Source of the DNA: an uncultured Saprospiraceae bacterium
GTDB lineage: Bacteria > Actinomycetota > Acidimicrobiia > Spongiisociales > UBA5794
Assembly: GCA_964195515.1 (NCBI GenBank)
Contig: CAXMQO010000101.1
Coordinates: 45,092-109,091 of the forward strand
Length of the DNA: 64,000 nt
Direction: 5' to 3'
The translations under genes were made by a program, and so were the position numbers. The first letter of the stretch is position 1. The number at the start of each line of letters is the position of its first letter. The notes beneath the pieces are model-generated. The model ran no database searches, was not told the origin of the DNA, and was given only the letters and a program-made list of their open reading frames with translations. Shown piece by piece: positions 50,930-60,044 of this stretch.

Positions 50930-50989
50930 GGTTTGATTGTACGAGTGTGACGCCGATGCATGGCGAGGTTCACCGGGCGACGCGGCCCG

Positions 50990-51068
50990 GGCTTCGACCT
51001 TCAAGCCACAAGCTTCAAGACCAGCACCTGAACTCGTTCTTGCAGCTTGTGGCTTGCGGCTTGGAGCC
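50990..51068. repeat. Palindromic heptamer-repeat element, copy B (inverted copy of 1525-1600)
   Basis: Its reverse complement aligns to 1525-1600 (CTCGGCT.CAAGC.GCAAGC..CAAGCTGCAAGA - 13 nt - CTTG...GGCTTGAAG), about 80% identity outside the central loop. Confidence 0.5.
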
Positions 51069-51132
51069 GAGTACCTCAGACAAGAGAAGCTGGTGGCTCC
51101 AGGGAGAGCAAGACGAGACCCGTGGTAGCCTT

Positions 51133-51216
51133 TCGCACCCACGGGCGAGTGGCGGAAATGGCAGACGCGCAGGTTTCAGGTATCTGTGAGGTAACACTCG
51201 TGGGGGTTCAAGTCCC
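51133..51216 (+). tRNA. tRNA-Leu (CAG)
   Basis: GGGCGAG acceptor, anticodon loop TTCAGGT, long variable arm, T-loop GGTTCAAGTCC. Conserved position after fhaA. Confidence 0.85.
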
Positions 51217-51231
51217 CCCTCGCCCACAATC

Positions 51232-52236
51232 ATGGCGTATCCCTCCTACGCGCCGGTCCGCCAGCAGCAGCGGCGACGTTGGCTGCTGACGCTCCTCGTC
51301 GCGGTGATCATTATTGCGATCGTTGTTTACGCGGTTGTCCGCCGCAGCGAGGCGCGTGGCGTCGCCGACTACCTGGCGGTGGCCCACCAAGTCGCCACCG
51401 AACAGGCCGAGACGGCGGATGACCTGGAGACGCTGTTCGTGACGGTCACCGACGTCGAACGGCCCGAAGTGATGAGACGTCTGGAAGCCCTGAGAGTGTC
51501 ATCGGAGCTCGCCGCCGAGACCCTCGCAGGTACCGACGTTCCTCCAGCTGCCGGAGAGGCCAATGGTTATCTCGTCGCAGCGGTGGGTTCCTGGAACAGC
51601 GCGATCGATCTCCTCGATGACGCCATCGTGCTCGTTCTCGATGGGTCCGCCGAGGCGGGGGGTACCGAGCTTCTGGAGGAGTCGTTCGACTTCCTCCGAC
51701 TCGGAGATCTCGCATACAGCCAGTTCCTCGCCGCGGCCGATGGCCTCGATGACTCGGTCCCGGTCGGCGACATCGCGGTGGTGGCGTTCTCGAACGAGGA
51801 GCGATCGATCGAGTACGACGCTCAGATCGTCACGCTTCGCTTGAACTCTGTCTACAAGCTCGGGGAACTTCACGACATCGCCGTGACGGCCGCCACCGAT
51901 CCGCAGCCGCTCGGCGAGCGCAACAACGTCCCCGTGGTCCCGCACAGCGAACGGTTCATCGTCCAGGCCGTCGTAGCGAACCAAGGGAATGAACCCGAAC
52001 AACAGGTGAGCGTCGACCTGGAACTCATCCCCACCAACGACTCGGAGAGCCGAGTGACCGTCAGACAGACGGTCGCGAACCTCGAACCGGGGCAGGCCAG
52101 GACCCTTGTGTTCGACACGCTCGAACTCCAACCAGGGGGCCTGTACGAGCTTGTGATCACAGCCAAGGTTGACAAGGACGAGGACTCCGAGAACGATGCG
52201 TGGCGCATGGTCTTCTATCAGAACGAGAACACGTGA
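51232..52236 (+). CDS. Hypothetical membrane-anchored protein with large extracytoplasmic domain
   Basis: N-terminal TM LLTLLVAVIIIAIVVYAVV. No family recognised. Confidence 0.45.
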   Translation: MAYPSYAPVRQQQRRRWLLTLLVAVIIIAIVVYAVVRRSEARGVADYLAVAHQVATEQAETADDLETLFVTVTDVERPEVMRRLEALRVSSELAAETLAGTDVPPAAGEANGYLVAAVGSWNSAIDLLDDAIVLVLDGSAEAGGTELLEESFDFLRLGDLAYSQFLAAADGLDDSVPVGDIAVVAFSNEERSIEYDAQIVTLRLNSVYKLGELHDIAVTAATDPQPLGERNNVPVVPHSERFIVQAVVANQGNEPEQQVSVDLELIPTNDSESRVTVRQTVANLEPGQARTLVFDTLELQPGGLYELVITAKVDKDEDSENDAWRMVFYQNENT

Positions 52237-52682
52237 GCGATTGGCTCGTCATCGGGATCGTGCTGCTTGTCGTCGTATTGGCGATCTGGCAGACGATTCA
52301 ACTCCAGCAGATTCGCAAACAGGTTGACGCGGTGCCGAAGGACGGGAATGTCTTCGCTCTGATCGACTCGACAACGGGTCGCCTCAACCGGGTTGAGGCG
52401 GGGCTGACCGGCCTGGACCGGCGGGTGCAGGACATCGAGTCTCGTCTTCCCTACGCCGTGACACGGACCGCTGTTGTCGCATACGACGCCTTCGGGAACA
52501 TCACCGGTCAACTCTCGCGTTCGATGGCGCTTCTGAGCGAGTCCGGTGATGGCATCGTCCTTTCGGTTCTCGTCTCCCGTGAGGAGACGCTGTTCTTCAC
52601 GAAGGAGATCCGGGCAGGCGTTGGCAGCGAGATGCTCTCTCCTGAGGAGGACCGTGCCGTCGCCAACGCCGTGGGCCGGTAG
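52233..52682 (+). CDS. Hypothetical membrane-anchored protein (DUF4446-like)
   Basis: GTG overlapping the upstream stop (GTGA). One TM, then a soluble domain. Confidence 0.4.
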   Translation: MSDWLVIGIVLLVVVLAIWQTIQLQQIRKQVDAVPKDGNVFALIDSTTGRLNRVEAGLTGLDRRVQDIESRLPYAVTRTAVVAYDAFGNITGQLSRSMALLSESGDGIVLSVLVSREETLFFTKEIRAGVGSEMLSPEEDRAVANAVGR

Positions 52683-52691
52683 CATCCGCCC

Positions 52692-53945
52692 ATGATTGAC
52701 GTTGGGATCCTTCGCGAACACCCGGAAGTCCTCGCGGCAACCCTGAAGCGTCGTGGCGTTGAACTCGACCTCAGTGCCCTCGCCCTTCTCGACGTCGACC
52801 GCCGTTCTGCGCGCGTTGATGCGGAAGCAATGAGGTCCCGTCAGAAAGACGTTGGCAAGTCAATCGCTTCCCTCAGTGGCGACGAGAAGGCGACGGCGAT
52901 CGCAGAAGCCGGTGAGCTTTCGGACCGTTACAAGGCGCGCCTGGCGGAGGCCGACGATCTCGACGAGCGGTTCATGGGTCAATGGGTGACCCTGCCCAAC
53001 CTCACCGACGATACAGCTGCGGACGGACTCGAAGAGGACGACAGCATCGAGATCACCCGTTGGGGCGAGCCCAGGGCCTTCGACTTTGAAGTCAAGGATC
53101 ACGTCGACCTCGGCACCGCTCTCGGAGTGATCGACATGGAGCGGGCCACGAAGATCTCAGGAAGCCGCTTCGGGATGTTGAAGGGGAAGCTCGCACTCCT
53201 CGAAATGGCGATGGTCCGATGGGCCATGGATGAGCTCAGCGGACATGGATTCACTCCGGTGCTTCCGCCCGTGCTCGTTCGGGAACAGGCCCTGTTCGGG
53301 ACCGGGTTCTTCCCGGCCGAGCGTGAGCAGGTCTATTCAATCGAAGAGGACGACCTCTATCTCGTTGGAACGTCCGAGGTGCCACTGGCCGCGATGCACG
53401 GTGACGAGATCATGGAGCCGGGCGATCTGCCGCTGCGGTACGCGGGGTTCTCGACGTGTTTCAGGGTGGAGGCCGGGACGTATGGGAAGGACACGAGGGG
53501 CATGTTCCGTGTTCATCAGTTCGACAAGGTCGAGATGTTCTCCTTCGTTCATCCCGACCGCTCCCGCGAAGAGCACGACTTCCTGCTCGCGAGGGAAGAG
53601 GCGTTGATCCAGGCGATGGAGATCCCGTACCGGGTCGTAAACGTGGCGGCAGGCGACCTCGGTGCATCTGCAGCAAAGAAGTACGACATCGAGGCTTGGT
53701 TTCCGGGTCAGGAGCGGTACCGCGAGGTCACGTCGACGTCGAACACGACCGACTACCAGTCGCGACGCCTCAAGATCCGTTTCAAGGAGGAGGACGGGAA
53801 GAACAGACTCGTCCACACCTTGAACGGCACGGCAATAACGGGGCGAGCCCTGATCGCTCTCGTAGAGAACCATCAGCAGGGGGATGGAACGATCGTCATC
53901 CCGGAGACCCTCCGCTCATACACAGGTTTTGATGTCATTGACTGA
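52692..53945 (+). CDS. serS: Seryl-tRNA synthetase
   Basis: N-terminal coiled-coil region, class II motifs 2 and 3 (FRVEAGTYGKDTRG...; GDLGASAAKKYDIEAW). Confidence 0.9.
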   Translation: MIDVGILREHPEVLAATLKRRGVELDLSALALLDVDRRSARVDAEAMRSRQKDVGKSIASLSGDEKATAIAEAGELSDRYKARLAEADDLDERFMGQWVTLPNLTDDTAADGLEEDDSIEITRWGEPRAFDFEVKDHVDLGTALGVIDMERATKISGSRFGMLKGKLALLEMAMVRWAMDELSGHGFTPVLPPVLVREQALFGTGFFPAEREQVYSIEEDDLYLVGTSEVPLAAMHGDEIMEPGDLPLRYAGFSTCFRVEAGTYGKDTRGMFRVHQFDKVEMFSFVHPDRSREEHDFLLAREEALIQAMEIPYRVVNVAAGDLGASAAKKYDIEAWFPGQERYREVTSTSNTTDYQSRRLKIRFKEEDGKNRLVHTLNGTAITGRALIALVENHQQGDGTIVIPETLRSYTGFDVID

Positions 53946-54052
53946 AGGGGAGTTCTTGGCTCTCGGGCGTACTCCGTACTCCGATTCTGTCCCCCCGGCC
54001 GAAGGAAGGGGGGACGCGGAGGAGCGCCAGCGACGACCCAGGGGGGCCCTGC

Positions 54053-54679
54053 ATGAGTAACGGAACCGTCTTTGCCGATATCGCCGGGCGGTATGACCGG
54101 CTGAACTCGATCTTGTCGCTCGGGCGTGACCAGGCGTGGCGCCTGACGGCTATCGACCGGCTGCCCGATGGACGCATCCTCGATCTTGGCGCCGGCACCG
54201 GAGCTGCCAATGAGGTGTTCGGAGATCGGGAAGTCGTGGCGTTGGATCCATCCCCCGAGATGCTTGCTCTCGATGGTGCGAGGAAGCGCGTGGTCTCGGT
54301 TGGTGAGCGGCTTCCATTCGTCGACCAGTCGTTCGACGCCGTCTTCTCCGCATATGTCTTTCGGAACCTCGACTCGGTGGATGAGACGCTCGCGGAGGTA
54401 TATCGGGTCCTTCGGCCGGCGGGGAGATTCGGAGTGGTGGATCTCGGGCGTCCGGAAGGGTCCCTGAAGCGCTCCATCCATCGGGCCGGCACGGCCGTGG
54501 CTCTCCCGCTCGCTGGAATGACGATCGGTGCTCGCGAGGAGTACGCGTATCTCCACCGGACTCTCGACAAGCATCCGCCACCGGAGGTGCTGCTCGGCTC
54601 GTCGCCGCTGCGTCTCGTAGACACGTGGCGGATGGGCCCACTGGGCTTTGTCTGGGGAGCGATTCTTTCGAGAACGTAG
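54053..54679 (+). CDS. Class I SAM-dependent methyltransferase (UbiE/MenG-like)
   Basis: ILDLGAGTG motif I, and post-I acidic residue VALDPS. Confidence 0.7.
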   Translation: MSNGTVFADIAGRYDRLNSILSLGRDQAWRLTAIDRLPDGRILDLGAGTGAANEVFGDREVVALDPSPEMLALDGARKRVVSVGERLPFVDQSFDAVFSAYVFRNLDSVDETLAEVYRVLRPAGRFGVVDLGRPEGSLKRSIHRAGTAVALPLAGMTIGAREEYAYLHRTLDKHPPPEVLLGSSPLRLVDTWRMGPLGFVWGAILSRT

Positions 54680-55063
54680 GTCGGCTTCGTCGGATGTTCT
54701 CGGCACCGGGTTCACTAGTACCCAGTGCCCGGCATCGTGAACGGGAAGCGCTCGTGATGCCGTGCACCCGCCGTCGAACGGCGACACCCGGCGCGTCCCG
54801 GGACGTCGACTCCGGTCGGGTTGTCCCATAACACCCGGGACGAGTCGCTTAGGGCTGCTTCCTTCCGGACCTGACCCGATTCACGATGTCCCGCCGCTGC
54901 AGGACCCGACCATCGACATCAACCGATCCCGGCGCTAGTCCCGAATGCCAACCGCCCTCGGGCGGGGATTCAGCCTCGCATGAAGAGGGTTTCGAGTACA
55001 GGGCACCCCTAGCACCCCACCTAGCACGGTCCGGCAATGGTAGCCCTGGGTCGAGGTTGACCG

Positions 55064-56011
55064 TCAGGAGACCCGCTCGGCGATGAAGCGGTCCGTGCGC
55101 TCCCGCGCCGTTTCCCCGTCGCGAGTCGGAGCCGAGGCAAATCCGTGCGCCGCTCCCGGTACGACCTCGAGTTCAGAGCTGCGCCCGGCGACCGACCATC
55201 GTGTGGCGAGGAGCAGGGTGTCGTCGAGGAGAGGATCGAGAGTCCCGACGGTGAAGAGCGCCGGCGGCAGGTCCGTCAGATCGGCGTACATCGGTGAGAC
55301 GTCGGGGTCGGTGAGGTCTGCTCCACCCGCATACATGTTCGCGAACCATCGACACAGAGCGGTATCCATGACGAGCATGCGGTCACCCCAGTTGCGGGCG
55401 CTGGGAGTGAGGGAGAGGTCGAAGAAGCCGTATGTGAGGATCGCACCGGCGAAGCACGTGTAGTCGTGGCGGTCCCGCATCCTCAGCATCGCGGTGACCG
55501 CGAGGTGGGCTCCAGCGGAGGACCCGCCGAGCACGATCCGGTCGGTTCCGAATTCGGCGACCGCGTTCTCGACGATCCAGTGCGCTGCAACCTCAGCATC
55601 GTCGGCAGGCGCCGGATAGGGATGCTCGGGGGCGAGTCGATAGTCGACGGAAACAACGGCGACGCCGGCCCGTTGGGCGATCTCCTCGAGGCGTCCGTCC
55701 TGGTAATCGGCTGCGCCCATTGCCCAGCCGCCACCGTGGAACTGGAGGTAGACGCCGTTGACGGTCTCCGGCGTGAAGACCCTGAGCCCGAGGTCGCCGC
55801 CCGGACGCGGGATGGTCCGGTTCACTCCGTTTGCCGACCGAACAATCGGCCCGAACAGTCCCCGACCGTTCACACGGGCCTCGCGCAGTGCCTCTATCCC
55901 CGCCGCGATCGGGTTCGGAAGGTTCGCCGAGAGCCGCTCGAGTTGCTCGTTGAGAGCAAACGTCTCGGGATCAACACGAGCGGGATCAAACAAGCCAGGA
56001 TCGATGTGCAT
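55064..56011 (-). CDS. Alpha/beta hydrolase, HSL-family esterase/lipase
   Basis: HGGGW oxyanion motif and GGSSAG nucleophile elbow. Confidence 0.75.
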   Translation of the reverse strand: MHIDPGLFDPARVDPETFALNEQLERLSANLPNPIAAGIEALREARVNGRGLFGPIVRSANGVNRTIPRPGGDLGLRVFTPETVNGVYLQFHGGGWAMGAADYQDGRLEEIAQRAGVAVVSVDYRLAPEHPYPAPADDAEVAAHWIVENAVAEFGTDRIVLGGSSAGAHLAVTAMLRMRDRHDYTCFAGAILTYGFFDLSLTPSARNWGDRMLVMDTALCRWFANMYAGGADLTDPDVSPMYADLTDLPPALFTVGTLDPLLDDTLLLATRWSVAGRSSELEVVPGAAHGFASAPTRDGETARERTDRFIAERVS

Positions 56012-56068
56012 ACCAGGACGGTACCAAGGGGTGTGTCCTCACAGCACCCTGCGAGAGCGGGTGCACCG

Positions 56069-56155
56069 CGGAGGGGGAGGGATTCGAACCCTCGATGCGT
56101 TTCCACATACACGCTTTCCAGGCGTGCGCACTAGGCCAGACTATGCGACCCCTCC
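56069..56155 (-). tRNA. tRNA-Ser (GGA)
   Basis: Reverse complement GGAGGGG...CACGCCTGGAAAGCGTG...GGTTCGAATCC; anticodon loop CTGGAAA; long variable arm. Confidence 0.8.
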
Positions 56156-56160
56156 GTAGG

Positions 56161-56640
56161 ATGGGGAGTGTAGAAGAGAAAGGCCATGTATTGGATTGGG
56201 ACAGAGTCATGGGGGCGGCACTCGAAGAGGCTGCGCAGGCCCCTCGTCACGGTGATATTCCGATAGGTGCCGTGCTGCTTGATGGGGACGGGAACGTCGT
56301 TGTTCGCGATCACAATCGGCGCGTGGAACGGAGCGACACAACGGCTCATGCCGAGATGCTCGTGCTTTCGAAACGATCGCGAGACTTCGGCGATTGGCGT
56401 CTGACCGGGCACACCCTCGTTGTGACCCTCGAACCGTGTGCGATGTGCGCCATGGCGGCCGTGTGGTCGCGTATCGACCGGATCGTGTACGGCGCAGCGG
56501 ACCCGAAGGCAGGAGCGGTGTGGAGCCTGTACAACATCCCCCAAGACGAACGCCTCAACCACCGCTGCGAGGTAGTAGCCGGTGTACGCGATGCCGAAGC
56601 AGCAGCACAGCTGACGGAATTCTTCGCAGTACATCGATAA
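56161..56640 (+). CDS. tadA: tRNA-specific adenosine deaminase TadA
   Basis: HAEM...PCAMCAMA zinc-binding CDA motifs. Start chosen at the internal Met just past the tRNA. Confidence 0.75.
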   Translation: MGSVEEKGHVLDWDRVMGAALEEAAQAPRHGDIPIGAVLLDGDGNVVVRDHNRRVERSDTTAHAEMLVLSKRSRDFGDWRLTGHTLVVTLEPCAMCAMAAVWSRIDRIVYGAADPKAGAVWSLYNIPQDERLNHRCEVVAGVRDAEAAAQLTEFFAVHR

Positions 56641-56750
56641 GCCGAGTGCATCGGGACATCGGTACACTCCCGCTGTCCGGTCTTCACACCGCGCTTGCGA
56701 CGTACCAAGTACCGAGTACTGAGTACTGACTACGCCGGCGAAGCCGGCCA

Positions 56751-56838
56751 GGAGGGGTGACAGAGCGGACGAATGTGACGGTCTCGAAAACCGTTGGGCC
56801 GGATTCCGGTCCCGTGGGTTCAAATCCCACCCCCTCCG
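56751..56838 (+). tRNA. tRNA-Ser (CGA)
   Basis: GGAGGGG acceptor, anticodon loop CTCGAAA, long variable arm, T-loop GGTTCAAATCC. Confidence 0.85.
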
Positions 56839-56991
56839 CGATTGACCCGAACGCTCTGCGTTCGGGGGTAGTCGATAGGCGGCATCTGTCCCCTCGGCCG
56901 AAGGGCGCGGGGACAAGCCCTTACCGGGCGTCTCGAGCGTTTCGCTCTCAGATGTGCCGACGACCGACTGCACCCGGCGAAGCCGGGTCGA

Positions 56992-57076
56992 GGAGGGGTG
57001 ACAGAGCGGACGAATGTACTGGTCTTGAAAACCAGCGAAGCGCAAGCTTCCGAGGGTTCAAATCCCTCCCCCTCCG
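56992..57076 (+). tRNA. tRNA-Ser (TGA)
   Basis: Paralog of the tRNA at 56751 (identical acceptor, D and T arms). Anticodon loop CTTGAAA. Confidence 0.85.
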
Positions 57077-57208
57077 CTGTTGACCCGAACGCTCTGCGTT
57101 CGGGGGTAGTTGATACTCGGCATCTGTCCCCTCGGCCAACTCTTCTTCCTCCCCCTCAGGGGAGGTGTCGCCCGTCAGGGCGACGGAGGGGTCAGAGGCT
57201 TCACATGA

Positions 57209-59035
57209 GTGACGATGGTCCCAGAATCCCGCTGCCCGTCCGGTACGCTCAACGCCATGCGGGAATCCCCCATCGTGCGGCTCGGAGTGGCGCTCGTCGC
57301 AGCGTCGCTTGTGGCTGCCGCCTGTGCCTCCACACCCGAACCCGCTGCCACGACGACCACGCTCGGCACCACGACCACGACCACAACGACAGTCCCACCC
57401 ACCACCACGATCGCAGCTCGGATCGGTAACCCATACGGCGGAATAGCGATCGTCGCCGAGGACCAGGAGCCGCCAACGCTCAACCCATACGCGCCCATGG
57501 GGGGCGACTTCATCGTCTCGATCATCGGACAGGCGTACTTCACCGGCGTGTATGAGATCGACGGTCGGACCCTCGAATTTGTCCCCGAGGTCGTGACCGA
57601 AATCCCGACGACGGACAACGGCGGCGTCGTCGTCAACGAGGACGGGACGATGACTATCAAGTACACGATCCTCGACGAGGCTGTATGGGAGGATGGCGTC
57701 CCGATCTCCGGTGGCGACTTCGCGTTCACCCTCGAGATCCTCCAGGACCCGGACACGAACACGCCATATCCGCTCGACGACGTCTACGGATTGATCGAGT
57801 CGTTCGACGCCGGGCCGAAGACGTTCTCGATGACCCTCAACCAGCCGACGATTCTGTATGAGCAACTCTTCCGGGTCCTCATTCCCAAACACGCCGTTGA
57901 AGGCACGGACTTTCTCAACGACTGGAACGACACGATGTGGCCGTCGGGTGGTCCGTTCGTCTTCACCACATGGGTGAAGGGCAACAACATCACCGTTGAG
58001 AGGAACGACAACTACTGGAAGACCGATCCCGCGACGGGCCAACCCCTCCCATATCTCGATGCGATCGAGTTCCGGTTCATCCCTGATACCGAGGAGATCG
58101 TCCGGGCGTTCAAAGCACGCGAGGTCGACGTCATCCGACCATCCCCCAGCCCCGAGACGATCGACCAACTGGTCGCTCTCGAGCCAGAGGGCGTTCGCGT
58201 CGACCTTCCGACAGGCCCGGTGTGGGAGCACATCAACTTCCAGTTCAGTCCCGGTCGTCTGGAGATGAACGAGAGCAGTCTCAACCAGAAACTTGACTAC
58301 CGAAGAGCCGTTGCCTACCTCATCGACCGGGACGCCATCGCTGCCGTCGTGAGCGACCACACGGAACCCTTGTCGTCATACGTGGACGCCTTCTCCCCGG
58401 CGCTCTCGGGACACGCCTGGGACCGCTATCCGTACGATCCGCAGAAGGCGCGTGAACTGCTCAATACGCTCAAAGACGAGGAACGTATCGAGACGATCAC
58501 CGCTGTCTACAACACGACCAGCAACGGCGACGTTCGAATTCGGATCGGCGAAGCACTCGCACCCATGTTCGAGGCCGTCGGCATCGACTACGCCCTCGAA
58601 CTCCAGGACTCTCAACTCTTCTACGGTGAGACCCTCGACAACGGGACGTGGGACATCGGCGAATGGGCGTGGGTCGGCTCCCCCGGTCTGGCTGGCCTTG
58701 TTGGCATCCATGACGTCTTCGACCCGGAGGCGCCGCCGCCCGACGGATCGAACTACTACCGGTGGGGGACCGAAGACTCGTCTGTACGTAACGAGCAGAC
58801 CCAACGGTTCGCCGACGTCCGTGACCTGATGAACAGGACGGTCGACGGCGGTGAACTCGAGGACCTAATCGCTGAAGCGGAGGAGATCCTCGCCGATCAG
58901 ATGGTCATCCTGCCCCTGTACTCGCGACTTGTCGTTGGGGCCGTTTGGGAGGACGAGATCGCCAATTTTGTGATGAACCCAACCCAGGCCTCGCACACCT
59001 GGAACATAGAAGAGTGGTACCGGACCGATCTCTGA
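57209..59035 (+). CDS. ABC transporter substrate-binding lipoprotein, family 5 (OppA/DppA-like)
   Basis: Lipobox LVAAAC. Length and motifs of SBP_bac_5. No cognate permease genes adjacent. Confidence 0.75.
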   Translation: MTMVPESRCPSGTLNAMRESPIVRLGVALVAASLVAAACASTPEPAATTTTLGTTTTTTTTVPPTTTIAARIGNPYGGIAIVAEDQEPPTLNPYAPMGGDFIVSIIGQAYFTGVYEIDGRTLEFVPEVVTEIPTTDNGGVVVNEDGTMTIKYTILDEAVWEDGVPISGGDFAFTLEILQDPDTNTPYPLDDVYGLIESFDAGPKTFSMTLNQPTILYEQLFRVLIPKHAVEGTDFLNDWNDTMWPSGGPFVFTTWVKGNNITVERNDNYWKTDPATGQPLPYLDAIEFRFIPDTEEIVRAFKAREVDVIRPSPSPETIDQLVALEPEGVRVDLPTGPVWEHINFQFSPGRLEMNESSLNQKLDYRRAVAYLIDRDAIAAVVSDHTEPLSSYVDAFSPALSGHAWDRYPYDPQKARELLNTLKDEERIETITAVYNTTSNGDVRIRIGEALAPMFEAVGIDYALELQDSQLFYGETLDNGTWDIGEWAWVGSPGLAGLVGIHDVFDPEAPPPDGSNYYRWGTEDSSVRNEQTQRFADVRDLMNRTVDGGELEDLIAEAEEILADQMVILPLYSRLVVGAVWEDEIANFVMNPTQASHTWNIEEWYRTDL

Positions 59036-59151
59036 TCGAGACGATTCCGATCTCTACAGGAGACGATGCGATCTCTGGTATCGGAGCGCCGACCCTCTGG
59101 TAGCGCGTCGGAGCGGCAACGGTGAGTGTCCTGATAGCCTTGCCCCAATCT

Positions 59152-59241
<90 letters not shown>

Positions 59242-59367
59242 GGCTGACCCGAAGGTCTCGCGTTCGGGCGCAATCGATGTCGGTCCCCTCGCCGTAGGCG
59301 GGGGGACGCAGAGAAGCGCCAGCGACGAGGCAGGGGGGCAACCCTGCGATCCCCTATTGTCCCCGCC

Positions 59368-59952
59368 ATGCCCGACTCGTTCGATCCAGGGAAGATGAAG
59401 TCGTCGGTTGACGACGATGGGCTTGTCATCCAACGGCGCACGTACCGATCGGGGGACTTCGTCCACGTTGTCTTCAGCCTCTTTGCCGCCGTGTTCGCGA
59501 TCCTGGTTCTTGTCATCGCCATCTCGAACGGCACGCTCTTCGACGGATTCGTGACTCCGCTGGTGATCTTCGCGCTCGTCGCCTATGGCTACTTCGGTGC
59601 AACCCGTATCGTGAATCGGCGAACCGTGACGGTATGTCACGGGCACATCACAGCGAAGGACGGACCCCTCCCACAATTCATCCGCACCATTGACACCGAT
59701 CTCGGCGATCTCGAACGACTGTCCGTCGAGTCCTCGAAGCGGTGGACGTTCCCACCGATCAGCACGTACCGCGTCTACAGCGTTCACCCGCTGCAGGGAC
59801 CGAACCTGTTCTGGCGTCTTCCCACAGAAGGCGAAGCGACGTACGCGTTGGTCAAGATCAACGCCTTCGTCGGATCAGCCGGAGGATCAGACACGACCGG
59901 GTCGGCGGGGACGTCCGAGCCGTCTTCAGGTGACTCGATCGGCCCGCCCTGA
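59368..59952 (+). CDS. Hypothetical membrane protein (2 TM) with S/G-rich tail
   Basis: Hydrophobic helices VVFSLFAAVFAILVLVIAI / LVIFALVAYGYF. No family recognised. Confidence 0.4.
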   Translation: MPDSFDPGKMKSSVDDDGLVIQRRTYRSGDFVHVVFSLFAAVFAILVLVIAISNGTLFDGFVTPLVIFALVAYGYFGATRIVNRRTVTVCHGHITAKDGPLPQFIRTIDTDLGDLERLSVESSKRWTFPPISTYRVYSVHPLQGPNLFWRLPTEGEATYALVKINAFVGSAGGSDTTGSAGTSEPSSGDSIGPP

Positions 59953-60044
59953 TGTCTTCACTCGAGATGTCCTGCAGCGGTTCTCCCCATCAACGCGGCC
60001 GGGTCACGTAGTCTGAGATTGCGACGACAGACCGGGCTGGAGAG

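Larger units (their letters stand above)
56735..57185. repeat. Tandem ~241-bp duplication unit: GCCGG-GAA-CCGGC hairpin + tRNA-Ser + TGACCCGAACGCTCTGCGTTCGGG hairpin + GTCCCCTCGGCC hairpin
   Basis: Flanks of the two tRNA-Ser genes are near-identical (upstream GGCGAAGCCGG, downstream TTGACCCGAACGCTCTGCGTTCGGGGGTAGT.GATA..CGGCATCTGTCCCCTCGGCC). Confidence 0.55.
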
